Shown: positions 27,050-36,360, counted from the first letter of the stretch. The stretch is 64,000 nucleotides of DNA from an uncultured bacterium (GCA_964487295.1 CAZAQL010000001.1:13091-77090), one strand, 5' to 3'. Notes: generated from the letters alone by a model not told the origin. Made by a program: numbers and translations.

Positions 27050-27601
27050 ATGCGACGGAGAGAGCCTGTGGTGATGTCATCGATCGTGCGTCGGGCGGCG
27101 CTGGTGGCGACGCTTGCCGTCGCGGTCTCGCTGTCCGGTTGTATCGTCTGTCCGTGGTGCTGGGAGTGCGATGACCGTCCACCCCGGATGGCGATGATCT
27201 ACGTGCACGTGAGCGACTACTACACGGGAGCGCCGATCAGCTGGGCTGCGGCCGACCTCTACGAGTCCGACTGGTGGGAGTGGGACTTCATCGGGACGTG
27301 GGAGGTGAACGGCTCCGGTCGGGCGACACTCTACGGCGGGTACCTCTACGACGAAGGTGACGGTCCCGAGGAGGAGGACTTCAAGGTCGTCGTGTATGCG
27401 TCGGGATACGAGACGCTCGACTACACGCTCGAGCTCGATTTCTGGCATCCCACCGAGACGCTCCACTTCTACCTCTTGCCCTACTACGCAAGGGAGGGCG
27501 AGGAGCCTGATGTGAGCGGCGAGAATGAACCCGGGGAGGACGGTCCGGACGGGCCGCGGGTTCTCGTTGGTGAACCGCGGGAGGGCCTTCCAACGCGATA
27601 G
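27050..27601 (+). CDS. small lipoprotein with CxxCxxCxxC motif immediately after the lipobox
   Basis: AAGGAGG lies 7 nt before ATG 27050. Signal peptide ..LAVAVSLSGC, then CIVCPWCWEC. W/Y/E-rich mature part. Confidence 0.55.
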   Translation: MRRREPVVMSSIVRRAALVATLAVAVSLSGCIVCPWCWECDDRPPRMAMIYVHVSDYYTGAPISWAAADLYESDWWEWDFIGTWEVNGSGRATLYGGYLYDEGDGPEEEDFKVVVYASGYETLDYTLELDFWHPTETLHFYLLPYYAREGEEPDVSGENEPGEDGPDGPRVLVGEPREGLPTR

Positions 27602-27602
27602 G

Positions 27603-28745
27603 CTAATCCCCCTGCGCAAGTTCGGACAGGAGACGGGCAAACTCCTCCGCCCGCTCAGCCCAACTGTTCGGCAGCGCTATCCTCTCGCGGAGCGATCGGC
27701 GGCGTTCATCGTCGCCGATCGCGCTTTGTACGGCCGCCGCGAACTCCGCGGGCGTCGTCGCGATCCGGATGAGATCCTCGTGGCGCCGGATCTCGTCTGA
27801 GAACGGCGTCGATACGATGTTCATCTCCATCGCCGCGTACATGTAGAGCTTGTTCGGGTTGATCGCCTCGGTCTTGGGAGTCAGGGCGAAAGGCGCGATG
27901 CCCACGTCGGCGTGGGACATCAGCTCGGGGAGCCGCTCGTACGGGACGCGCTCCGTGAGGAAGAGCCGGTCCGGGAACGCCTCACGGACGGTCGAGATCG
28001 CGCTCCGGGTCTTCTCGAAGATCCGGCCGACAAGCACGACGCCCACGTCCTCGCCGCCTTCCTCGATCAGCTCAAGTGTCCTTCTCAGGATCCCGATGTC
28101 GAGCCGGTCATCGACGGAGCCGACGTACATGACGAGCCTGCCGCACCGGTCGATGGCCCCGCCGGTGAGCTCGGGCGGCCGCCCGCCTTCGACCCTGCCT
28201 CCGAACGTATCGAGATCCACCCCGTTGCCGATGATCACGCCCCGGCCCGCCGCGTCGTGAAGCGCCTCGGAGGACGCGACGACCTCGGATGCGTGCTCGA
28301 CGAGGGTGCGGAAGAGTTCCTCGGCCCGATCGCGCGCGTGGTGGTAGAACTGAGGGTGGAGGTCGTTGAGGTCGTAGACGACCGGGACGCCGAGATTCCT
28401 GATCCTCTCGACGAGCGGGGCCGCCCAGAGATACGAGCAGACCACGACGTCGGGGTCGAACCGCCGGAGCTCGCGCATGACGGCTTCCCCGCCAAGCGTC
28501 TGGAGAACGGGGGTCATCGCCCGAAGCGGCGCCAGGGCGGCATCGGGCTTGGGCAGGAGGATCGAGCGATACTCGACGCGAGACTGCACGCGGTCCCGGC
28601 GGGTCACGAAGCTGTTCTCTCCGCGCGCGAGATTCGCGGGCGAGAGGAACAGGACCTTCCAGTCCGGAGGGAAGCGCCGGACCATCTGGTGCTTCCTGGA
28701 CACCTGAGACTGCCACTGGACCTCGGCGATGTAGAGAACTCTCAT
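27603..28745 (-). CDS. glycosyltransferase, GT-B fold (GT1/GT4-like)
   Basis: 380 aa from ATG 28745. The C-terminal half carries a GT-B donor-binding region (VGRIFEK..ERVPYERLPELMSHADVGIAPF..EAINPNKLYMYAAMEMNIV). The track ORF extends through the upstream repeat array to 29252. Confidence 0.75.
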   Translation of the reverse strand: MRVLYIAEVQWQSQVSRKHQMVRRFPPDWKVLFLSPANLARGENSFVTRRDRVQSRVEYRSILLPKPDAALAPLRAMTPVLQTLGGEAVMRELRRFDPDVVVCSYLWAAPLVERIRNLGVPVVYDLNDLHPQFYHHARDRAEELFRTLVEHASEVVASSEALHDAAGRGVIIGNGVDLDTFGGRVEGGRPPELTGGAIDRCGRLVMYVGSVDDRLDIGILRRTLELIEEGGEDVGVVLVGRIFEKTRSAISTVREAFPDRLFLTERVPYERLPELMSHADVGIAPFALTPKTEAINPNKLYMYAAMEMNIVSTPFSDEIRRHEDLIRIATTPAEFAAAVQSAIGDDERRRSLRERIALPNSWAERAEEFARLLSELAQGD

Positions 28746-28759
28746 GAGCCGCAGTCTAC

Positions 28760-28920
28760 CGCCGGTGACGCCGCCGGTGCAAGTGCGGTGACGCCGCCGG
28801 TGCGAGTGCGTTGAGACCGGCTGTGGGAGTACGGTGAAACCGCCGGTGCAAGTGCGGTGACGCCGCCGGCGCGAGTGCGGTGAGACCGGCTGTGGCAGTG
28901 CGGTGACGCCGCCGGCGCGA
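28760..28920. repeat. ~23-bp tandem array x 7 with two alternating unit types (GTGCGGTGACGCCGCCGGYGCRA / GTGCGKTGAGACCGGCTGTGGSA)
   Basis: Units at 28783, 28806, 28829, 28852, 28875, 28898 plus a partial at 28760. Lies between the divergent GT-B gene and the 29013 gene. Confidence 0.85.
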
Positions 28921-29012
28921 GGACGTTGGTGCGGGCCCGCTGTTGAGTCGGGCGCAGCGTAGGTGTAGACTGCGTGTGTCCTTCCACGGAAACGCGAGCG
29001 ACGGAGGTGCGC

Positions 29013-29495
29013 ATGGAACTCAGGGCGGTTCGGATCGAGTTCCCCAAGGACTCCAACATCATCGTGGGGCAGAGCCACTTCATCAAGACGGTCGAGGATC
29101 TCTATGAGGTGATGGTCGGTTCGTCTCCGGCGTGCCGGTTCGGCGTGGCTTTCTCCGAGGCGTCGGGGCCGCGCCTGATTCGTCACGACGGCAACGACGA
29201 GGAACTGACCCGCGCGGCGGTCACCATCATGGAGACGCTCGGCGCCGGGCACACGTTCGCGATCGTGATGCGCGGGTGTTTCCCGATCAACGTCCTCAAC
29301 GCGGTCAAGGCGTGCCCGGAGGTCTGTCGGGTCTACTGCGCCACGGCCAACCCGGTGGAGGTCGTGCTGGCGGAAACGCCACAGGGCCGGGGAGTTATGG
29401 GGGTCATCGACGGATCGGGGCCGGCCGGTGTGGAGACCGATGACGACCGGTCCGCGCGAGAGGCGTTCCTTCAGAAGATCGGGTACAAGCGCTGA
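29013..29495 (+). CDS. conserved ~160-aa protein resembling the archaeal/bacterial adenosine-specific-kinase-like (former DUF355) family
   Basis: MELRAVRIEFPKDSNIIVGQSHFIKTVEDL N-terminus. GGAGG 5 nt upstream of ATG 29013. Assignment from memory of the family signature, so tentative. Confidence 0.5.
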   Translation: MELRAVRIEFPKDSNIIVGQSHFIKTVEDLYEVMVGSSPACRFGVAFSEASGPRLIRHDGNDEELTRAAVTIMETLGAGHTFAIVMRGCFPINVLNAVKACPEVCRVYCATANPVEVVLAETPQGRGVMGVIDGSGPAGVETDDDRSAREAFLQKIGYKR

Positions 29496-29621
29496 CGGGA
29501 AGTCGCGGGCGCGGACTCACGTGACCCGGAACGCGAGCAGTACACGACGACGGCGGCGCCCCGAGTGGGCGCCGCCGCGTGTTACGTATCGCGCGATCTC
29601 GTCGAGCGCTTGTCGAACCGG

Positions 29622-29996
29622 CTACCGGAGGAAGTCACGGATGAGCCGCTTCGCGTCGCCCACCATCTCGCGCGGGATCATGACCATCGTGTCAGCGTCG
29701 GGAGCCGTGTCGGTGAACAGCTCGTCGCTCAGGAAGCAGGGGATGCCGCTGTCCTCGAGGAGCTCACGCAACTGGACGACGCGAACGTCGTCCGGTGTTG
29801 TCTCGATGACGACGAGTCCGTCCGACGGGAGGTTGCCGTCGTCGACATCTGGTCCCGCGACCTCGCCCGCTTCCTTCTCCATGAGCGGGACGTCGCAGTT
29901 GGGACAGAGCTCGAGGCTCTCGTTCTCAAACTCCGTTTCGCATTCCGGACAGACGCGCAACTCTCTGTTCCTCCACGATGTGTTGCCCGGTGACAT
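29622..29996 (-). CDS. zinc-ribbon (CPEC..CPNC) protein with DUF2007-like C-terminal domain
   Basis: ATG at 29996. Cys4 ribbon VCPECETEFENESLELCPNC. C-terminal LVVIETTPDDVRVVQLRELLEDSGIPCFL..MVMIPREMVGDAKRLIRDFL. Confidence 0.5.
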   Translation of the reverse strand: MSPGNTSWRNRELRVCPECETEFENESLELCPNCDVPLMEKEAGEVAGPDVDDGNLPSDGLVVIETTPDDVRVVQLRELLEDSGIPCFLSDELFTDTAPDADTMVMIPREMVGDAKRLIRDFLR

Positions 29997-30339
29997 CTGC
30001 TTGACGAGTACCGATAGTAGCAACGCCTTCGAGGGAGTCAAACACAAACTTGCCGCCGGTGTCCACGCTGTTCGCTAGCATGAATCGGTCCGGCTTCGCG
30101 CGGTGTGCGAAACCGCGGCGGACATCTCTCACGAGGAGAGTGTCGAGGTGGTGTCGCGCCAGGTCGGAGCGGAGGCGCGGTCTCGGGCGTTGCGCGCCGC
30201 GTGGTCGTCGGGGCGCGGTCGTGGCGCCGTGCGTCGAGCGGTCGCGGGGACACGGACCGGCGTCGCACGGCGCGCCGCTGTCGGGGCATGCGGATGCGCG
30301 CGGACCGCGTCGCCGCCGGACGGCGGCGGAGCCCCGTTG

Positions 30340-30368
30340 TTGACACGCCTTCGGGCCAGGGCTAGCAT
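30340..30368 (+). promoter_or_regulatory. candidate sigma-70 promoter (TTGACA-N17-TAGCAT) for metallophosphoesterase gene
   Basis: Consensus -35, 17-nt spacer, 4/6 -10. About 70 nt upstream of ATG 30440. Confidence 0.35.
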
Positions 30369-30439
30369 TCCTGGAGGATCGGGACCGAGCGCCAACAGGT
30401 TGCGCTGCGGGAGACGGCGCGCAGCCAGGAGGATACGGC

Positions 30440-32203
30440 ATGAAGCGCGTAAGTACTGGACAGGTTGCAGTTTGGCTTCTCCTACTGCTCATCCTCGCCA
30501 CGCCGCAGGGAACGGCTCATGCGGCGTACCGGCTGGCGATCCTCGGCGACCGCACGGGAGGACACGAGCCCGGCGTCTACCCGTCCATCATCGAGGAGAT
30601 CGAGCTGCTCAAGCCGGACATCGTCGTGACCGTCGGCGATCAGATAGAGGGCTACGGGGACGACATGGAGGCCATGTCGGCCGAGTGGGACACGCTGCTC
30701 GGGATGCTCGACGCCATCGAGGCGCCCGTATACCTGACGGCGGGGAACCACGACATCTGGTGTGACGACAGCGAGGCCCTCTACCGGAATCGCACCGGGT
30801 TCGACCCGTACTACTCCTTCGACTTCGAACAGACCCACTTCGTGATCCTCGACAACAGCCGGTACGAGTCCTGGAACGAGATCGACGACGCGCAGCTCGA
30901 CTGGCTCCGTGAGGACCTTGGGCGTCACGGCCCTGACGGACAGGTCTTCGTCTTCTATCACAAGCCGCTCTGGCTTCTGACGACGGCTGCCGGCGTGAGC
31001 GACCCGGTGCACGAGCTCCTGGTGGAGCATGGTGTGGACGCCGTCTTCACGGGTCACTTCCACCACTACTTCCACGGAACGTACGACGGGATCCGGTACA
31101 CGAGCGTCGGAAGCTCGGGCGGGTATATGGAGCGCATGGAGACCGAGCCCGTCGCGCGAGGCGAGTTCTTCCAGTTCGCCTGGGTCACAGTGCGCGAGGA
31201 CGGGCTGGACCTCGCGGTGATCGACGCGGGGAACGTCTACCCTCTCGACTTCCACACCGTCGACAATCAGAGAGAGATCACCGCGATCGAGTCCGAGTAC
31301 GTCGCCGTCACGCCGCTCCGTCTGGACGAGGGAGCGACCGACACGCTCGATGTCGTCGTCAGGATCGAGAACGGCGCTTCGGTCCCGCTCGAGGATGTCG
31401 TCCGCTGGAGCGCGCCCGGGCTCTGGGCCGTCGAACCGGCCTCCCGCCCGGTCTCGCTCGAGCCGGGTGAGGCTCGGGAGTTCGAGTTCAGGATGTGCCC
31501 TCCCGAGTCCATCTTCCCAGCGCCCTCTCTCTCAGTGAACTACCCGCTGTCGAACGGCATGGAGGTGCTGGCCGAGGTTCCACTCCGCGTCATGCGGAGA
31601 GCCGAGGCGGCGCTCTTCGGCTCCGCGCCCGCGATCGACGGTGCGCTCACCGAGCCGTGCTGGCTCGCCGCGCAGCCCGTGACTCGACTCTACCCCGCGT
31701 ATGACGAGGACGAGTGCGACATCGACGGAGACACGGAGTTCCGGTTCGGACACGACGATGAGAACCTCTATCTGTCTGCCGTGTGCCACGAGCCGGCCAT
31801 CGACGCGATCGTCGCAGAGAGCGTGGAGCGGGACGGGCCCGTCTACCGCGACGACTGCGTCGGGTTCTTCATCCAGCCGGACACTGACGAGATGACCGTC
31901 TACCAGGTCTACGCCAGCCCGGAAGGAACGGTGTTCGACCAGCGCATCACGTACGATGAGTCCATGATCTACACGGCCGACGTGTCGTGGGACGGCGACT
32001 TCGAGGCGGCGTCCCGGATCGGCGAGGACCGCTGGGTCTTCGAGGCGGCGATCCCGCTCTCCGAGCTCGGCGTGGCCCTCGGCGAGAGCGATGTCTGGCG
32101 GATCAACTTCCGGCGCAAGCAACAGAGGACGTTCGGCGTCGAGGATTGGCAGGTGCCTCTCGACTACCATCCGAACACGCTCGGAGAGCTGGTCCTCAGG
32201 TAG
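30440..32203 (+). CDS. secreted calcineurin-like metallophosphoesterase with C-terminal CBM9-like/carbohydrate-binding-type domain
   Basis: Signal peptide. Metallophosphoesterase motifs GDRTGG, VTVGDQIE, GNHD, GHFHHY. C-terminal domain with CWLAAQPV..ENLYLSAVCHEP..DDCVGFFIQPD..WRINFRR. Confidence 0.75.
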   Translation: MKRVSTGQVAVWLLLLLILATPQGTAHAAYRLAILGDRTGGHEPGVYPSIIEEIELLKPDIVVTVGDQIEGYGDDMEAMSAEWDTLLGMLDAIEAPVYLTAGNHDIWCDDSEALYRNRTGFDPYYSFDFEQTHFVILDNSRYESWNEIDDAQLDWLREDLGRHGPDGQVFVFYHKPLWLLTTAAGVSDPVHELLVEHGVDAVFTGHFHHYFHGTYDGIRYTSVGSSGGYMERMETEPVARGEFFQFAWVTVREDGLDLAVIDAGNVYPLDFHTVDNQREITAIESEYVAVTPLRLDEGATDTLDVVVRIENGASVPLEDVVRWSAPGLWAVEPASRPVSLEPGEAREFEFRMCPPESIFPAPSLSVNYPLSNGMEVLAEVPLRVMRRAEAALFGSAPAIDGALTEPCWLAAQPVTRLYPAYDEDECDIDGDTEFRFGHDDENLYLSAVCHEPAIDAIVAESVERDGPVYRDDCVGFFIQPDTDEMTVYQVYASPEGTVFDQRITYDESMIYTADVSWDGDFEAASRIGEDRWVFEAAIPLSELGVALGESDVWRINFRRKQQRTFGVEDWQVPLDYHPNTLGELVLR

Positions 32204-32220
32204 CCGGCCCGCGGCGTGGG

Positions 32221-33390
32221 ATGCCCGCCGCGCCCGCGACGGATAGAGGCAGACGACTCGTGCCCGAACGGTGTGATCTTCTCGTTATCGGCGCCGGCCC
32301 TGCGGGAAGCGCGTGCGCCGCCGAGGCGGCGGCGCGCGGTCTCGACGTGCGCCTGCTCGACCGAGCCGACTTCCCGCGCGGTAAGCCGTGCGCCGCCGGG
32401 CTCACTTCGCACGCACTCGCGTTGTTCGACGGCGTCGCCGACAGGGTCATCCACCGTTCGGTCAACGTCGTCGAGATTCGTCTGACCGATCGTGTCCGGG
32501 CGACGTGGCGTGCGCCGAGAACAGTCGTGGCCACCACGACGCGCCGCGAGCTGGACAGTAGGCTGCTCGAACTGGCCGGCGCCGGGGGTGCGCGGGTTGA
32601 GACGGGGCGAGGCGTAACGCGGATCGAGCAGGACGAGCGCGGGGTTACGGTCGTGCGGGGGACCGACCGGATCCGGGCGGCGTACGCGGTGGTCGCCGAG
32701 GGCGCGGCGGGGAGGCTCCGGGAGCAGCTCGGCATGCCGCCACTCGCGCGCGCGGGCGGTGCCTACGTCCGGGTCGTGCCGCGTTCACAGGCCGCGTTCG
32801 ACGAGTTGGCGAAGAGCGTCCTTCTCGACATGCGGCGGCGTCGCCGCGGGTACGGCTGGGTCTTCCCGAAGCGCGACCACCTCAACGTCGGCGTGTTCGG
32901 ACCCGAACCGCTCGATGCGAGCTACCTCTCGGATCTCCGCCTCTTCGTCGAGTCGCTCCGGCTCGACCCACGCAGGGTCGAGGGTCCCTTCGCGGGGTTC
33001 GTTCCGCGAGCGTCTCGCGCCCGCGACCTGGGGAGCGGTCGCGTGCTCTCGGCGGGCGACGCGGCGGGGTTCGCGTCGGCCATCAGCGGTGAGGGGATCT
33101 CACACGCGGTCCTGGGTGGCCGGATCGCGGCACGCGTCATCTCCGACGGGTTCGTGGACGACGCAGAGAGAACGACGGTGCTGGGGCGCTATCGGGCCCT
33201 GGTCGCCCGCGATGTCCTTCCTCACACGAGGCTCTTCGGGATCCCGGGCCGCTGCCTCTACGCTCTCGGCCCCGGGTTCATCGGGGCGGTTCTGTCGTGT
33301 CGTCCGCTGGCGGCATCGGCCGAACGGTGGCTGCCGACGAGCTGGTACGGCTTGGGCGGCAGTCTCGACGTGCGCGTCGAGCGCGGCTAA
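32221..33390 (+). CDS. FAD-dependent oxidoreductase, geranylgeranyl reductase family
   Basis: DLLVIGAGPAGSACAAEAAARGLDVRLLDR Rossmann fold. GKPCAAGL. C-terminal GDAAGFASAISGEGI. ATG 32221; an in-frame GTG at 32260 is also possible. Confidence 0.7.
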   Translation: MPAAPATDRGRRLVPERCDLLVIGAGPAGSACAAEAAARGLDVRLLDRADFPRGKPCAAGLTSHALALFDGVADRVIHRSVNVVEIRLTDRVRATWRAPRTVVATTTRRELDSRLLELAGAGGARVETGRGVTRIEQDERGVTVVRGTDRIRAAYAVVAEGAAGRLREQLGMPPLARAGGAYVRVVPRSQAAFDELAKSVLLDMRRRRRGYGWVFPKRDHLNVGVFGPEPLDASYLSDLRLFVESLRLDPRRVEGPFAGFVPRASRARDLGSGRVLSAGDAAGFASAISGEGISHAVLGGRIAARVISDGFVDDAERTTVLGRYRALVARDVLPHTRLFGIPGRCLYALGPGFIGAVLSCRPLAASAERWLPTSWYGLGGSLDVRVERG

Positions 33391-33459
33391 CCTGCCTCCT
33401 GGCGGCCATATCGGCTGCAAAGCCTGCCCACCAGCGCATCGCCGCCGGGGCGGCGCCGG

Positions 33460-33514
33460 ACCATCGCCGGGCCATCGCCGGGCCATCGTCGGGCCATCGC
33501 CGGGCCATCGTCGG
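33460..33514. repeat. 11-bp tandem repeat x 5 (GCCATCGYCGG)
   Basis: Five contiguous copies immediately upstream of the M14 gene promoter. Confidence 0.85.
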
Positions 33515-33535
33515 GCCGCGCTGAGGGGTCCCTCA

Positions 33536-33564
33536 TTGCTTTGCTCCGTAATCTGTGTTATCAT
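33536..33564 (+). promoter_or_regulatory. candidate sigma-70 promoter TTGCTT-N17-TATCAT in AT-rich island
   Basis: A local AT-rich stretch (cattgctttgctccgtaatctgtgttatcatttgaagttagg) in otherwise GC-rich DNA. AAGGAG 9 nt before ATG 33628. Confidence 0.4.
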
Positions 33565-33627
33565 TTGAAGTTAGGAGCAATCAAAGACGAGACGCCCGAT
33601 TTCCTCCTCGACAAGGAGATGGAGAGC

Positions 33628-36255
33628 ATGGTGCGTGTCCTGACAATCAGCCTTGCCGCGGCGCTGCTGGTCGCGGCCGCGGTCCCTGCGGCGGCCGGTC
33701 CCGAGGGGCCGTACGTGCAGGCCCGGGTCCAGTTCCGCGACGCCGCCGAGGCGGAGCGGTTCATGAGCCTGGACGAGCTCGACGTGATGAAGTACAAGCC
33801 CGGCGTCGGCGTTCAGCTCGTCACGAGCCACGAGCAGATCGAGGAGTTCCGGTCGCTCGGCTACGACGTCGTCATCGAGATCGATGACATGTCGAGCTTC
33901 TACGCCGCCCGGAACACGGCTCGCGGTTACGGTGACTTCTACACGTTCGACGAGACCGTGACCTTCATCAACTCGCTTCACGCGTCCTATCCGAACATCG
34001 TGAGCGAGCCCATCAGCATCGCGACGACGGAGCAGGGGAGGACGCTGTGGGCGCTCAAGATCTCCGACAACCCGGAGGTCGACGAGCTTGAGCCCGAGAT
34101 CCTTCTCGACGCGGTTCATCACGCGCGCGAGCCGATCACGATCAACGCCGTCCTCAACTACATGGACTGGCTGACGTCAAACTACGGGACGGACCCCGAG
34201 GCGACGTTCCTCGTAGACAACCGGGAGATCTGGTTCCTCCCGTGCGTCAACCCGGACGGCTATGTCTACAACGAGCAGACCGACCCCAACGGCGGCGGCA
34301 TGTGGCGCAAGAACCGCCGGGACAATGCCGGCAGCTCGTGTTACGGCGTCGACCCGAACCGCAACTACAGCTACCAGTGGGGCACGTCCGGCATCTCGTT
34401 CGACCCGTGCAGCGACATCTACTGCGGGACCCAGGCGTTCTCCGAGCCGGAGATCGCCGGCTACCGTGACTTCGTCGAGTCGCACGACTTCGTGACGAAC
34501 ATCACGTTCCACTCGGTCGCCGGAGCGATCCTGGTTCCGTGGAGCTACACGACCACATCCCCACCCGAGCCGGATAACACGATCTTCCGCGACATCGGCG
34601 ACATGATGGCGATGTCGAACGGCTACGAGGTCGGGACCGCGTACGAGACGATCAACTACACCTGCTCCGGCACCACCTGCGACTGGATGTACGGCGTGCA
34701 CGGGATCTGGTCGCTCTGCATCGAGGTGAGCGGCAGCGGCTTCTGGCCGCAGCAGAGCGAGATCGCCGGGCTCACGGCCGAGAACCTCTGGCCGCAGCAG
34801 TACATCAGCCGCATCGCGGGGGCCTACCTCGCGCTCAGCTCGACGCACTTCACCGGCGGAAACGGCGACCAGGAGCCGGACGCCGGCGAGACGCTCGACC
34901 TGACGATCACGGTCGAGAATCAGGGCGTCGTCGCGGACGCGTCGAACGTCCAGGTCACCCTGGTGACGGACGATCCGTACGTCGCGCTGCACGATGCGCA
35001 CACGACGCTCGGTTCGATCGCGGCGGGGTCCTCCACGCAGAACACGTTCGACCCGTTCTCCCTCTCGGTCGACGCGGGAACCCCGGACGGTCACGGTCTC
35101 GCCGTGACGCTCATCATCGAGGGCGACGGGCTGTACATGGAGGAGGAGCTGTCCTGGATGGTCGGCGAGCCGACGGTCGTGTTCTTCGACGACATGGAGA
35201 GCGGCACCGGCAACTGGGTCGAGAATGACGGCTACTGGGGTCTGACGACCTCGTCGTACCACTCGGCATCGAACAGCTACACGGACAGTCCGAACGGCAG
35301 CTACAGCAACTACCGGAACACGTGGATCGAGCTGGCGTCCCCGATCGACTTCTCCGCCGCGTCGGCTGCGGACCTCTCCTTCTGGCACCGCGTCTCCACG
35401 GAGGAGGACTACGACTTCTGCTACGTCGAGGTCTCGGACGACAACGGAGCGACGTGGAACCAGGTTGGCCCGAAGTACCACGGCAACAGCTACGGCTGGG
35501 ATCAGGTGGAGCTGTCGCTGAACGATTACGTCGGAACGGCGGGCTTCAAGCTCCGCTTCCGCTTCACGTCGGATACCTACGTGACCGCCGACGGATGGTA
35601 CGTGGACGACGTGACGATCAGCGGGCCGCCGACCGGCAACACGAAGCCGACCGCGCCGGTGCTGAACGACCCGCCCGATGGCGGCACGGTGTCGGTCTCC
35701 ACGCCGGAGCTCACGGTCACAAACGCCGTGGACAGCGATCCCGGCGACGTGCTCACGTACGGTTTCCGCGTCTACGACGACGAGTTCTGCACGAGCCTCG
35801 CCGCGTCGATCTCCGGCGTGGCCGAGGGCAGCGGAACGACGTCGTGGACCGTCGACTCCGGTCTCGCTGACGGCACGTACTACTGGCGGGCCTACGCGGA
35901 CGACGGGACCGAGCGAAGCCAGCTCATGGAGACCGCGTCCTTCACGGTGGAGAGCACGGGCGTCGACGAGGCCGTCGGCCGCCTCGCGCTCCATGCCGCG
36001 AGCCCGAACCCGTTTGCCGGTTCTGCGAGACTCTCGTTCTCGCTTCCCGAGCGAGCGGACGTCGAGCTCTCCGTCTACAGCGTTGACGGCAGACTGGTGC
36101 GAACGCTCGTATCCGGCGAGGCCGGTCCCGGCGTCATCGAGCTCACATGGGACGGTCGTGACAACGGCGGCCGCCGCGTGGGCAACGGCCTGTACTTCAT
36201 GCGCCTGACCGCGGCCGACGAGACGAGGCACGGCAAGCTCGTCATGCTCCGCTAG
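33628..36255 (+). CDS. secreted M14 zinc carboxypeptidase with MAM/jelly-roll-like and Fn3-like domains and Por/T9SS C-terminal sorting domain
   Basis: M14 zinc site HHAREP. Signal peptide. C-terminus ..SPNPFAGSARLSFSLPERADVELSVYSVDGRLVRTLVSGEAGPGVIELTWDGRDNGGRRVGNGLYFMRLTAADETRHGKLVMLR matches the T9SS CTD pattern. Confidence 0.85.
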   Translation: MVRVLTISLAAALLVAAAVPAAAGPEGPYVQARVQFRDAAEAERFMSLDELDVMKYKPGVGVQLVTSHEQIEEFRSLGYDVVIEIDDMSSFYAARNTARGYGDFYTFDETVTFINSLHASYPNIVSEPISIATTEQGRTLWALKISDNPEVDELEPEILLDAVHHAREPITINAVLNYMDWLTSNYGTDPEATFLVDNREIWFLPCVNPDGYVYNEQTDPNGGGMWRKNRRDNAGSSCYGVDPNRNYSYQWGTSGISFDPCSDIYCGTQAFSEPEIAGYRDFVESHDFVTNITFHSVAGAILVPWSYTTTSPPEPDNTIFRDIGDMMAMSNGYEVGTAYETINYTCSGTTCDWMYGVHGIWSLCIEVSGSGFWPQQSEIAGLTAENLWPQQYISRIAGAYLALSSTHFTGGNGDQEPDAGETLDLTITVENQGVVADASNVQVTLVTDDPYVALHDAHTTLGSIAAGSSTQNTFDPFSLSVDAGTPDGHGLAVTLIIEGDGLYMEEELSWMVGEPTVVFFDDMESGTGNWVENDGYWGLTTSSYHSASNSYTDSPNGSYSNYRNTWIELASPIDFSAASAADLSFWHRVSTEEDYDFCYVEVSDDNGATWNQVGPKYHGNSYGWDQVELSLNDYVGTAGFKLRFRFTSDTYVTADGWYVDDVTISGPPTGNTKPTAPVLNDPPDGGTVSVSTPELTVTNAVDSDPGDVLTYGFRVYDDEFCTSLAASISGVAEGSGTTSWTVDSGLADGTYYWRAYADDGTERSQLMETASFTVESTGVDEAVGRLALHAASPNPFAGSARLSFSLPERADVELSVYSVDGRLVRTLVSGEAGPGVIELTWDGRDNGGRRVGNGLYFMRLTAADETRHGKLVMLR

Positions 36256-36331
36256 CAACGACGCTCATCCCGCGCGGACAGTCTCGGTGGGCTGTCGGCC
36301 TCAGGGGAGCAAGCTGAATACGAACGATCGA

Positions 36332-36360
36332 CGAGGGGCGGCCGGCGTGGCCGCCCCTCG
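36332..36360 (+). terminator. GC hairpin (12-bp perfect stem CGAGGGGCGGCC/GGCCGCCCCTCG) after M14 gene
   Basis: Seen in the sequence ~75 nt after the stop. Confidence 0.5.

Noticed and set aside
28760-28920. Possible CRISPR array (regular ~23-bp units)
   Set aside because: Units are contiguous with no unique spacers. Unit length is too short. The two unit types are variants of each other. No cas genes nearby.
27603-29252. 549-aa version of the glycosyltransferase ORF extending through the 23-bp repeat array
   Set aside because: The N-terminal 170 aa are a translation of the tandem repeats (..HRRRHRTCTGG..) and look non-protein-like. A clean ATG at 28745 gives a normal 380-aa GT-B enzyme.
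30048-30439. Protein-coding potential in the 390-bp gap (track ORFs 30050..30343, 30103..30765)
   Set aside because: They overlap each other and the metallophosphoesterase start, have no RBS and are R/A-rich. The region more likely holds the promoter (TTGACA-N17-TAGCAT at 30340).
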